A program made the position numbers and the translations under genes. A stretch of 64,000 bases of DNA. Source: a virus. The notes beneath the pieces were generated by a model. It saw only the letters and a list, made by a program, of their open reading frames with translations, was not told the DNA's origin and made no database searches. Of the stretch, positions 17,459-25,553 are shown in pieces. The DNA is taken from IMG/VR virus record IMGVR_UViG_3300005836_000015. One strand, written 5' to 3'. Numbering within the stretch: the first letter of the stretch is position 1; each line of letters opens with the position of its first letter.

Positions 17459-17639
17459 ACTCCAGGACTTGAAGGTCCTGCTCCGTTACAGGCTCGATTC
17501 TTGAACCAAGGGGTCATGATCGGCTGCCAGGGGACGCCCTGGTAGAACCAGCACATACCGGCGCTTTTCACGCCGGCATTCGTGTTCCGTGACTGTCGCC
17601 ACTCGAGAAGCTTGAATGTAGACGGAGCTCGACTGGAGT
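17459..17639 (+). ncRNA. 6S RNA-like long hairpin (candidate)
   Basis: ACTCCAG/CTGGAGT, GCTCCGT/ACGGAGC, TACA/TGTA, GGTCATG/CGTGACT stacked helices with a bubble containing CTTGAACCAAGG; ~180 nt. Confidence 0.45.
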
Positions 17640-17663
17640 GATAAACAACGGGCCCAACGAAAC

Positions 17664-17747
17664 GCTCAGGTGGCGGAATGGCAGACGCCCCGGTCTCAGA
17701 AGCCGGTGTCCCTAGAGGACGTGAGGGTTCGAGTCCCTCCCTGAGCA
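17664..17747 (+). tRNA. tRNA-Leu(CAG)
   Basis: CCGGT-CT-CAG-AA-GCCGG, long variable arm. Confidence 0.93.
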
Positions 17748-17748
17748 C

Positions 17749-17823
17749 TGCGGGCGAGTGACGCGGTTCATACAAGGCTCATAACCTTGTGACGGCAGGG
17801 TTCGACTCCCTGTGCCCGCAACC
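17749..17823 (+). tRNA. tRNA-Met/Ile2(CAT)
   Basis: CAAGG-CT-CAT-AA-CCTTG; short D arm. Confidence 0.82.
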
Positions 17824-17994
17824 AGGGATCCTTCCGGAAGGGTCCTCAGACAGAAGCAGTCCCGGGTTAGGAGACCCGGCGGAGCTAGGTGGTGACAGTC
17901 TGGGAAACTTGAGGTAGCCATCCCTCAAGGTCCGTTCGAATCGGACTTACCCACTGAATGCTGAGGTGTGTGCAACACGGCTTCTGTCGAACAT

Positions 17995-18068
17995 CGGGGT
18001 GTAGCGCAATCTGGTAGCGCGCTCGGTTCGGGACCGAGAGGTTGTGGGTTCAAGTCCCGCCACCCCGA
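17995..18068 (+). tRNA. tRNA-Pro(CGG)
   Basis: CTCGG-TT-CGG-GA-CCGAG. Confidence 0.92.
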
Positions 18069-18074
18069 CTACAT

Positions 18075-18146
18075 GCCGGATTAGCCCAATGGTAAGGCGA
18101 CCGTTTCATACGCGGTTCATCGGTGGTTCGATTCCACCATCCGGCA
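18075..18146 (+). tRNA. tRNA-Met/Ile2(CAT)
   Basis: ACCGT-TT-CAT-AC-GCGGT. Confidence 0.85.
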
Positions 18147-18152
18147 CTACTT

Positions 18153-18236
18153 GGAGGATGCCGCTGAAGGTCGGCAACTGGTTTGGAACACCAGGGGGAC
18201 CGCAAGGTTCGACGTTCGATTCGTCCTTCCTCCGCC
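18153..18236 (+). tRNA. tRNA-Ser(GGA)
   Basis: CTGGT-TT-GGA-AC-ACCAG, long variable arm, G73. Confidence 0.88.
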
Positions 18237-18297
18237 GCGAGTTCGATGTGACCAGTCCGGCCCGTTGGGCGATGGGGACGACAGAGGGTTCGCTTTT

Positions 18298-18381
18298 GGA
18301 AGGTTAGAGGGCGGTGGCGCCCTACCGGCCTCGAAAACCGGGTGCCCGCAAGGGTCGGGTTCGACTCCCACACCTTCCGCC
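18298..18381 (+). tRNA. tRNA-Ser(CGA)
   Basis: CT-CGA-AA loop, long variable arm. Confidence 0.88.
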
Positions 18382-18394
18382 GTTGGTGTACGTT

Positions 18395-18480
18395 GGAAGC
18401 TGAATCCGGGTGGTCCGGAGCCTCCCTGCTAAGGAGTGTGTGGGTAACACCATGCCGTTCGACTCGGCCTGCTTCCGCCA
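18395..18480 (+). tRNA. tRNA-Ser(GCT)
   Basis: CTCC-CT-GCT-AA-GGAG, long variable arm, GCCA end. Confidence 0.88.
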
Positions 18481-18481
18481 T

Positions 18482-18558
18482 GGAGACGTTTGCCATCTGG
18501 TGATGGTGGCTGGCTGTGAACCAGTCCTAGGCGGGTTCGATCCCCGTACGTCTCCCCA
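18482..18558 (+). tRNA. tRNA-His(GTG)
   Basis: GCTGG-CT-GTG-AA-CCAGT; 8-bp acceptor with G-1:C73. Confidence 0.88.
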
Positions 18559-18561
18559 AAT

Positions 18562-18634
18562 GTCCCTGTAGCACAGTGGATAGTGCAGTGGTTTCCTAAA
18601 CCAAAGGTCGCAGGTTCGAGTCCTGCCAGGGACG
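18562..18634 (+). tRNA. tRNA-Arg(CCT)
   Basis: TGGT-TT-CCT-AA-ACCA. Confidence 0.9.
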
Positions 18635-18652
18635 CTGGTGTAGGTTTGGACG

Positions 18653-19087
18653 ATGGATGACATCGCCTGGCTCAGGATCCTTCACGAGGAGCTCTGGGTA
18701 AAGAAACCCTCTCCTAGAGCGGCCCCTACTCTCACGAAGGAGGAGTTCGAGAGGGTTCTGAACTGCATCGAGAAGTACAAGCTCGTCGCCGAGATGGTCT
18801 CGACGCACATGTTCGGGGGTTACGGAATGCAGCTCTACGAACACGAGCTCTATCCGGGAACGGGCCCCCAGCTCCTGGTGCTGATCTCCGAGGACAACCT
18901 CCCGGTACCCACGAGGTATGACCGCATCCTCGGCACGGCCCAGGAGCCGCCGAAGCGTAAGCCTGGGTCTGGACGGGACGACGCCTGGGAAATCTTCTCG
19001 AGGTACACGCACTCGGAACAGAACCGAAAGTGGCTCAAGGAGTACAAACTCCACCGCTCAGAAGAGCGTGTCCACTACGACTACTAG
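18653..19087 (+). CDS. hypothetical protein
   Basis: 144-aa ORF preceded by CTGGTGTA motif (18635-18642). Confidence 0.65.
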   Translation: MDDIAWLRILHEELWVKKPSPRAAPTLTKEEFERVLNCIEKYKLVAEMVSTHMFGGYGMQLYEHELYPGTGPQLLVLISEDNLPVPTRYDRILGTAQEPPKRKPGSGRDDAWEIFSRYTHSEQNRKWLKEYKLHRSEERVHYDY

Positions 19088-19339
19088 GCCGACTGCGCTC
19101 CGGGTTCGATCTCGATTTGGAAGTGGGCTTCGAGCTCCCGCCGCATCTTGTCGAAGCGGCTCCAGTCGCCCTTCCACATGGCCTCAGGGAATTCCGCTCG
19201 AAGCTCTCGGAAGAGTCGGATTCCTTCCTCGCACATGAGGAGCTTGTCCCGGACGCACCCACAAGCCAGGGGTCGAACGGCAAGGCGTGTTCCTGACCGG
19301 TGATCGGTCACGCCAACAGGATTTCAACAAGAGCATCAT

Positions 19340-19414
19340 GGTCCCGTCTGCTAACGGTTAGGCGATCTGGTTCTCAGCCAGAGGATGCGGGTTCGATTCC
19401 CGCCGGGATCACCA
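19340..19414 (+). tRNA. tRNA-Glu(CTC)
   Basis: TCTGG-TT-CTC-AG-CCAGA, ACCA. Confidence 0.9.
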
Positions 19415-19420
19415 CAAATT

Positions 19421-19501
19421 GGGGATGTAGAGGAGTCCGGCCGTCCTCGCCTGCCTGTCACGCAGGAGACTTCGCGGGTTCGAATCCCGTCATCCCCGCC
19501 A
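19421..19501 (+). tRNA. tRNA-Asp(GTC)
   Basis: CCTGC-CT-GTC-AC-GCAGG, GCCA. Confidence 0.92.
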
Positions 19502-19577
19502 TGCCCCTGGAGCCGAGATTCGCTTGGCGGGGCTCACAGCAGGACAGAGAAAGCGGGGTTGGCAACCCCACAAGACC

Positions 19578-20744
<1,167 letters not shown>

Positions 20745-20772
20745 CAACCGGTGGGGCTCGTCCCCACCACAA

Positions 20773-20848
20773 GCCTCGTGAGTCGACTGGAGTCGACGCT
20801 TGATTGTCAATCAAGAGGAGATGGGTTCAATCCCCATACGGGGCGCCA
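20773..20848 (+). tRNA. tRNA-Asp(GTC)
   Basis: CTTGA-TT-GTC-AA-TCAAG, GCCA. Confidence 0.85.
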
Positions 20849-20977
20849 CGGCATCCAACCGTGCAGACCACACACGCAAAGACAGCTCAAATGGTTGAGC
20901 GTCGGCCTCTCAAGCCGAAGGTTGCTGGTTCGACTCCGGCTCCTTGCACCCAAACTGGTCTGTTCTCTCGGATGCCG
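20849..20977 (+). ncRNA. Y-RNA-like element enclosing a tRNA-Glu(CTC)-like cloverleaf
   Basis: CGGCATCC/GGATGCCG terminal helix, CCGTGCAGACCACACACGCA, D arm, TCGGC-CT-CTC-AA-GCCGA, T arm, then CTGGTCTGTTCTCTCGG. Confidence 0.72.
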
Positions 20978-20984
20978 CGATCAT

Positions 20985-21054
20985 ACGTCCGAGCCAAGGC
21001 GGCAACGTGGCCTCCAAAACCACGGATGAGGGTTCGATTCCTTCCGGGCGTGCC
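20985..21054 (+). tRNA. tRNA-Trp(CCA)
   Basis: CT-CCA-AA loop, short D arm, ACGTCCG/CGGGCGT acceptor. Confidence 0.75.
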
Positions 21055-21127
21055 GGTTCCCGTACGACCTCATGTACGGGGGTGCTCCGCAGGATAAGCA
21101 CCGGATAGCATCCGAAACACCTGCCAT

Positions 21128-21202
21128 GGGTCCGTAGTTCAGCGGGAGAACGTCGGCTTTGCAAGCCGAATGTCGTCGGTTCAATTCCGACCGGATCCAC
21201 CA
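21128..21202 (+). tRNA. tRNA-Ala(TGC)
   Basis: TCGGC-TT-TGC-AA-GCCGA, G3:U70, CCA. Confidence 0.92.
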
Positions 21203-21203
21203 C

Positions 21204-21285
21204 CCTCCGCGAGTAGAGCTGGTTGAACTCACCCGCCTGATAAGCGGGGCCGAAAGGCTGCAAGGTTCGATTCCTTGGCGGAGGA
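21204..21285 (+). tRNA. tRNA-Ile(GAT) with long variable arm
   Basis: CCCGC-CT-GAT-AA-GCGGG plus GCC-GAAA-GGC variable hairpin. Confidence 0.78.
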
Positions 21286-21291
21286 CTACAT

Positions 21292-21367
21292 GGGACCGTA
21301 GCTCATCTGGGAGAGCGCTGCTTTCGCAAGGCAGAGGTAGAGGGTTCGATCCCCTTCGGTTCCACCA
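21292..21367 (+). tRNA. tRNA-Ala(CGC)
   Basis: TT-CGC-AA loop, G3:U70, ACCA. Confidence 0.9.
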
Positions 21368-21368
21368 A

Positions 21369-21926
21369 CTACGGAGCGGCGACCTCGACGGCCCCGCCTT
21401 GCCAGCAAGGCATGCAGCGGGGCTCGTAGAGGGCGTCTCCTCCGACGAGGACCTGGCAGTCGTCGGCGACCTTCCGATGCGTCCTGGAGGCTTTTCCGCC
21501 GCACTGAGCGCAGGTAGCCTCCAGGAGCAGGACTTCGGTCGCCAGGGCGATGAACTCTGGCATCGGGCCGAAGGGCCTGCCGAAGCAGTCGAGGTCCAGC
21601 CCTGAGAGCACGATATCGGTCTCGCTGGCCAGCAGGTTCTTCACGACCTGGACGGCCTCGGGCTTGAGGAACTGGGCTTCGTCGATGGCGACGAGTCCTC
21701 CTGGCCAGAGCTTGTCGAGGGTCGGCGAGATCCAGGACCCGTGAAGCTTCCGGCCCCCGTGGGAGATGATTCCGGAACCCTCGTGGCGGGTATCGACGGT
21801 CGGCTTGAAGACCCGGACGGCCTTCTTGGCGCTGAGTACCCGGTCGATGAGTCCCTCGGTTTTGCCCGCAAACATCGGGCCACAGAAGACGGTCAGCGTT
21901 CCCTGCATCATCGGGAGGGGTTCCAT
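21369..21926 (-). CDS. tdk: thymidine kinase (type II)
   Basis: GPMFAGKT P-loop, FKP..DTR, IDEAQF, GLDLDCFGRPFG, CAQC...YEPRC..C. Confidence 0.96.
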   Translation of the reverse strand: MEPLPMMQGTLTVFCGPMFAGKTEGLIDRVLSAKKAVRVFKPTVDTRHEGSGIISHGGRKLHGSWISPTLDKLWPGGLVAIDEAQFLKPEAVQVVKNLLASETDIVLSGLDLDCFGRPFGPMPEFIALATEVLLLEATCAQCGGKASRTHRKVADDCQVLVGGDALYEPRCMPCWQGGAVEVAAP

Positions 21927-21942
21927 CGGTAGAACCGGGGCC

Positions 21943-21950
21943 TACACCGG
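21943..21950 (-). promoter_or_regulatory. candidate phage promoter motif CCGGTGTA
   Basis: Reverse-strand copy oriented toward tdk, 16 nt before its ATG. Confidence 0.6.
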
Positions 21951-21977
21951 GGAAAATCTACTAATGCCCCTCCCCGG

Positions 21978-22733
21978 GTGATGAGCACCATCGCCGAGCG
22001 TGTTCGTGCCCGTTTCTCCCAATCCGAGGAGCCCACCGTCCAGGAGCGAGTGGCCAGCCGCTACACCATGAAGCGTCTGGCAGTCCACTGGGAAGGCAAG
22101 CTCGTCGGACAGGACTGCCGCCTCCAGTGGAGCCGGGATAGCTGGGTCCTCGAAGAGCTGCCCCAGAAGGGCAAGAAGAAGCTCCGCGTCGCCAAGATGC
22201 AGAATCTCTTCGGGATCATCTCGATGCGGCGCAATCCCGGGACGGACCTGCTCATGCCGCAGAACATCCTTCGGGATGCGAAGCCGGTCTCGAGCGACAG
22301 CTACGACGAGATCAAGTCGAAGATCGAGAAGGCCATGGGGGCGGCCGTCAAGGAGCTCATCGCTCAGAACAAGGACGATCCCAAGGACGACATGAAGTGG
22401 GTCCAGAAGTCTGGAACCACCTGGTACGAGAACGAGGTCTACTTCCTCGAAGTCGTCCCGGAGAACGTCGACCCCTTCAAGGCTGAAGGGAAGGACTTCA
22501 CGGTCTCGGTCGCCTGGGGAGATTTCAAGGCGTACTCGCCGTCCTCGGACTTTCAGCAAGCCGACCCGCACTACACGGTCATCGAGGAGAAGAGCCCCGG
22601 GGCTGCCCGGAAGCTCTACAACACGCTGAAGACCGACCCGAAGGCGCTGAAGAGCGTCTCTTGGGACGACTTCTCGAAGTGGCTCGATACGAAGAAGATC
22701 GGCTACAAGTATCGGCACTCGCAGTGGCACTGA
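21978..22733 (+). CDS. hypothetical protein with two RVxxRY/F motifs
   Basis: 251-aa Lys-rich ORF; IAERVRARF and QERVASRY near N-term. Confidence 0.75.
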   Translation: MMSTIAERVRARFSQSEEPTVQERVASRYTMKRLAVHWEGKLVGQDCRLQWSRDSWVLEELPQKGKKKLRVAKMQNLFGIISMRRNPGTDLLMPQNILRDAKPVSSDSYDEIKSKIEKAMGAAVKELIAQNKDDPKDDMKWVQKSGTTWYENEVYFLEVVPENVDPFKAEGKDFTVSVAWGDFKAYSPSSDFQQADPHYTVIEEKSPGAARKLYNTLKTDPKALKSVSWDDFSKWLDTKKIGYKYRHSQWH

Positions 22734-22775
22734 CTTGCGAGTAGAAGGCGAGCTCCCGCCGAGCGGAGCAAAAAC

Positions 22776-22848
22776 GGGCCTGTAGCTCACTTGGGAGAGC
22801 GCCTCGCTGGCAGCGAGGAGGTAGCCGGTTCGATCCCGGCCAGGTCCA
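22776..22848 (+). tRNA. tRNA-Ala(GGC)
   Basis: CCTCG-CT-GGC-AG-CGAGG, G3:U70. Confidence 0.93.
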
Positions 22849-22980
22849 CTAGGGTGACTGGACGACCCCCACGAGAGGCTGGAGTGATCCCCTGGCTTTT
22901 CGTGTGGATAGAGAGCCTGCTCGTGGAGGAGTGATCGTCCTCCTGTAACGAGAGCCGGTGGGACCCCGGCCCCTGACCAC

Positions 22981-23334
22981 TCAGCGAGCCTGGAGGTAAT
23001 CCAGCGCCCGCTTGTTGAACCTCTTCAGCTCCTCGGTGATGGCCTCCCGACCCCCATCTGAGGGATCGGTGCTCACCCACTTGTCGAAGAGGTCCTGACC
23101 CTCGAGAGCAAGGACCGTCGCCAGGTGAGACCCATCACTTCGAAGTCGCTTCAGCAGGTCGAGCACGATCGCCTGTAGGAAGCTGTAGGTGTTCGAGATG
23201 TTCTGCATGTTCTGCCGGAACCGGCGCCACTGAACTGTTTGGGCTCGGTTCTGGAGACCGTTCGTGCACCACGGGCATCCCTCACCCTTGCAGGCTTCGC
23301 AGGTGCGTAGGGTATCGGGCGCCTGGTCATCCAT
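22981..23334 (-). CDS. hypothetical Zn-finger protein
   Basis: CEACKGEGCPWC near N-term. Confidence 0.65.
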   Translation of the reverse strand: MDDQAPDTLRTCEACKGEGCPWCTNGLQNRAQTVQWRRFRQNMQNISNTYSFLQAIVLDLLKRLRSDGSHLATVLALEGQDLFDKWVSTDPSDGGREAITEELKRFNKRALDYLQAR

Positions 23335-23382
23335 CTACCCAAGACGTTGTAACAGACGAATTTGGGGTTTGCCAAAAGTCAT

Positions 23383-23454
23383 GCCGGTGTCGTCTAGTGG
23401 TAGGGCACCTCCTTGGTACGGAGGAAATCGAGGGTTCGATTCCCTCCACCGGCT
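23383..23454 (+). tRNA. tRNA-Thr(GGT)
   Basis: CCTCC-TT-GGT-AC-GGAGG. Confidence 0.92.
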
Positions 23455-23493
23455 CTACGGTTTTTCTTGTAAAGTCTTGTTCATGTAATGCAT

Positions 23494-23568
23494 GCCGTCG
23501 TAGCTCAACTGGCAGAGCACCTGCCTTGTAAGCAGGGGGTTAGGGGTTCAAGTCCCCTTGGCGGCTCC
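23494..23568 (+). tRNA. tRNA-Thr(TGT)
   Basis: CCTGC-CT-TGT-AA-GCAGG. Confidence 0.93.
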
Positions 23569-23757
23569 GGAGGCCCCGTCGTAATTGTACCTGATGGGAA
23601 CTGCCTTCGTCGTCGATCGACTCGAAGGAGTCGTAGTCGACGTTGAGTTGATACGATGGGTCGGAGCGCAGGGAAGTGGCGGATTGGGCGTCCCAGTGGG
23701 AGTTGTCGACAACCCAAGTGAATTCCCTTGGCCCTGCGCTCCGGCCCCCAAGATTCT

Positions 23758-23827
23758 GCGGGTGCCCGGTTGGACCGGCACTTCCTTGCCAGGGAAGTTG
23801 TTGGGGGTTCGATTCCCCTCACCCGCT
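23758..23827 (+). tRNA. tRNA-Gly(GCC)
   Basis: CTTCC-TT-GCC-AG-GGAAG. Confidence 0.85.
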
Positions 23828-23916
23828 CTGGTTCGTCTGTGCAGACTTGACAAGTCTGAGAGGGGTGCGTCGCCAAATGTCAACGACGCGTAATTCCCCA
23901 ACACGACGAACCTCTT

Positions 23917-23991
23917 GCGAGCGTAGTTCAGTGGTAGAACGCTAGCCTTCCAAGCTGGATGTCACGGGTTCGAACCCCGTCGCTCGCTCCA
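23917..23991 (+). tRNA. tRNA-Gly(TCC)
   Basis: CTAGC-CT-TCC-AA-GCTGG, TCCA end. Confidence 0.93.
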
Positions 23992-24147
23992 GGGACTCGA
24001 GTCCCTTCCCTTGGCCCCTCGCAGGAGGTGTAACCAGTGGGACGCCTGAGATACTTTCCAACGTGAGCATCGGTAGTTGATGCATCCGGCCACGGGTAGG
24101 AGGCCCAGGTGCGAGTCCTGGACGTTGACGTAAAGTAGATCAGGTCT

Positions 24148-24221
24148 GCGGGCGTAGGTCAGTGGTAGACCGGTAGCTTCCCAAGCTGCATGTCGCGGGT
24201 TCGATCCCCGCCGTCCGCTCC
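24148..24221 (+). tRNA. tRNA-Gly(CCC)
   Basis: GTAGC-TT-CCC-AA-GCTGC. Confidence 0.92.
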
Positions 24222-24475
24222 GAGGACTTCGGTCCTCATCCGATCGGCGTCCTCGAAGGAGGACCCAACCGATTCGGAGCCGTCAGAGAGACCGTTTCGG
24301 CGGTCTGGGCTTTTGGGGTTCGATTCCCCCTACCCTTCGGCCTCGGCCCTTTGGTAGCTAGGATGATGGTCCGCATCCAACACGTTTTTACCGTGTGCGC
24401 CTATTTTTACGGAGAGCCAGAGGCCCTTCCGAAATCGAGGTGCGGCCCCCCACCATGCGTTGGCTCTGATGTTCT

Positions 24476-24550
24476 GCGGGTGTAGCTCAGTTGGTAGAGC
24501 GTCGCGTTGCCAACGCGAAGATCGAGGGTTCGAGTCCCTTCACCCGCTCC
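24476..24550 (+). tRNA. tRNA-Gly(GCC)
   Basis: TCGCG-TT-GCC-AA-CGCGA. Confidence 0.93.
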
Positions 24551-24962
24551 GATTCGACCGTTCGACGGCGAATAGGATTCGACGGAAGAGTGCCGTCGAG
24601 TTCGAGAAGTCCTTGAGGATGAAGTCCTCAGCCCCTTCACGGATGAGCTGCACGGCGAGGTCCTGGTCCTTGTTGTTGCTCACGATGACGATCGGGGTAC
24701 TCGGAAAGGCTTCGTGAATCGCCATGAAGGTATCCCGGCCCGTTGAGTCGGGCAGGCCAAGGTCCAGGATGACGCAGTGGAAATACGGCTCGTCGGCGGG
24801 GACATCCGGGGCGAGAGAAGTGTGCCGCCGGTTCAGGTACTCGAAAGCCCCCTCCAGCGTGGAGGCTGTGCGGAACTTCGCCTGAGCCATGAAGTGATCC
24901 TGGAGCAGCTCGAGAAGCAGCTCCCGGTCGTTCTGGTTGTCCTCGACGATGAGAATGCGCAT
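24540..24962 (-). CDS. stand-alone response regulator receiver protein
   Basis: ILIVEDN, ILDLGLPDSTG, IVIVS, GAEDFILK. Confidence 0.92.
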   Translation of the reverse strand: MRILIVEDNQNDRELLLELLQDHFMAQAKFRTASTLEGAFEYLNRRHTSLAPDVPADEPYFHCVILDLGLPDSTGRDTFMAIHEAFPSTPIVIVSNNKDQDLAVQLIREGAEDFILKDFSNSTALFRRILFAVERSNRSG

Positions 24963-24966
24963 CGGA

Positions 24967-25302
24967 TCAGATCATGGAACGGGCGTCAGCCATGTCCAAC
25001 GATCCCTCCGGTCCGATGATAGCATCCCCTTCGATCGGCCAACCCTTCTGGATGGCGAGTCGAGGCACGTCTCGACCTCGAACAAGAGCGTCGGCGATGT
25101 CCCCCGCCACGCCACGAGAGACTCCTGTCACCTCACGGATGTGCCTCATGAGGCGGTCGACCTTCGACTGCTTCTTCTCTTTTGGCTCGTACTTGAAGCT
25201 CTCGACGTATCGACGGGCGACCCGTTCGGCGATCGTACCGGTCTCCCTGAGCTCGGTGAGGAGCTTGGTCTTCAGAGCCCGAACTTCTTCGAGTGTCATC
25301 AC
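24967..25302 (-). CDS. hypothetical protein with RVARRY motif
   Basis: 111-aa ORF, GGAGG RBS. Confidence 0.65.
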   Translation of the reverse strand: MMTLEEVRALKTKLLTELRETGTIAERVARRYVESFKYEPKEKKQSKVDRLMRHIREVTGVSRGVAGDIADALVRGRDVPRLAIQKGWPIEGDAIIGPEGSLDMADARSMI

Positions 25303-25327
25303 CTCCTACGTCGCAATCAAAACTTTC

Positions 25328-25399
25328 GGCCCGGTTCGCTGGAGCGGGGTGCGGTCTGCAAAACCGACACACAGGGGTTCGATCCCCCTCTGGGCCTCC
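25328..25399 (+). tRNA. tRNA-Cys(GCA)
   Basis: CGGT-CT-GCA-AA-ACCG, U73. Confidence 0.82.
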
Positions 25400-25402
25400 C
25401 AT

Positions 25403-25474
25403 GCCCTCGTAGTCTAACGGAAAGGCGTGACCGTTCTAAGGTCAAAGATGAGGGTTCGAATCCTTCCGAGGGTG
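25403..25474 (+). tRNA. tRNA-Arg(TCT)
   Basis: TGACC-GT-TCT-AA-GGTCA. Confidence 0.85.
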
Positions 25475-25479
25475 CTCGT

Positions 25480-25553
25480 GTCCCCATCGTCTAGCTGGCC
25501 CAGGACGGCAGCCTCTCACGTTGCAAACGCGGGTTCAAGTCCCGCTGGGGACG
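25480..25553 (+). tRNA. tRNA-Glu(CTC)
   Basis: GCAGC-CT-CTC-AC-GTTGC. Confidence 0.9.

Noticed and set aside
23570-23660. Hammerhead ribozyme at CTGATG
   Set aside because: CTGATGA core is incomplete (CTGATGG) and there is no matching GAAAC.
25403-25474. Amber-suppressor tRNA (CTA)
   Set aside because: TGACC/GGTCA stem leaves the 7-nt loop GTTCTAA, which centres TCT (Arg).
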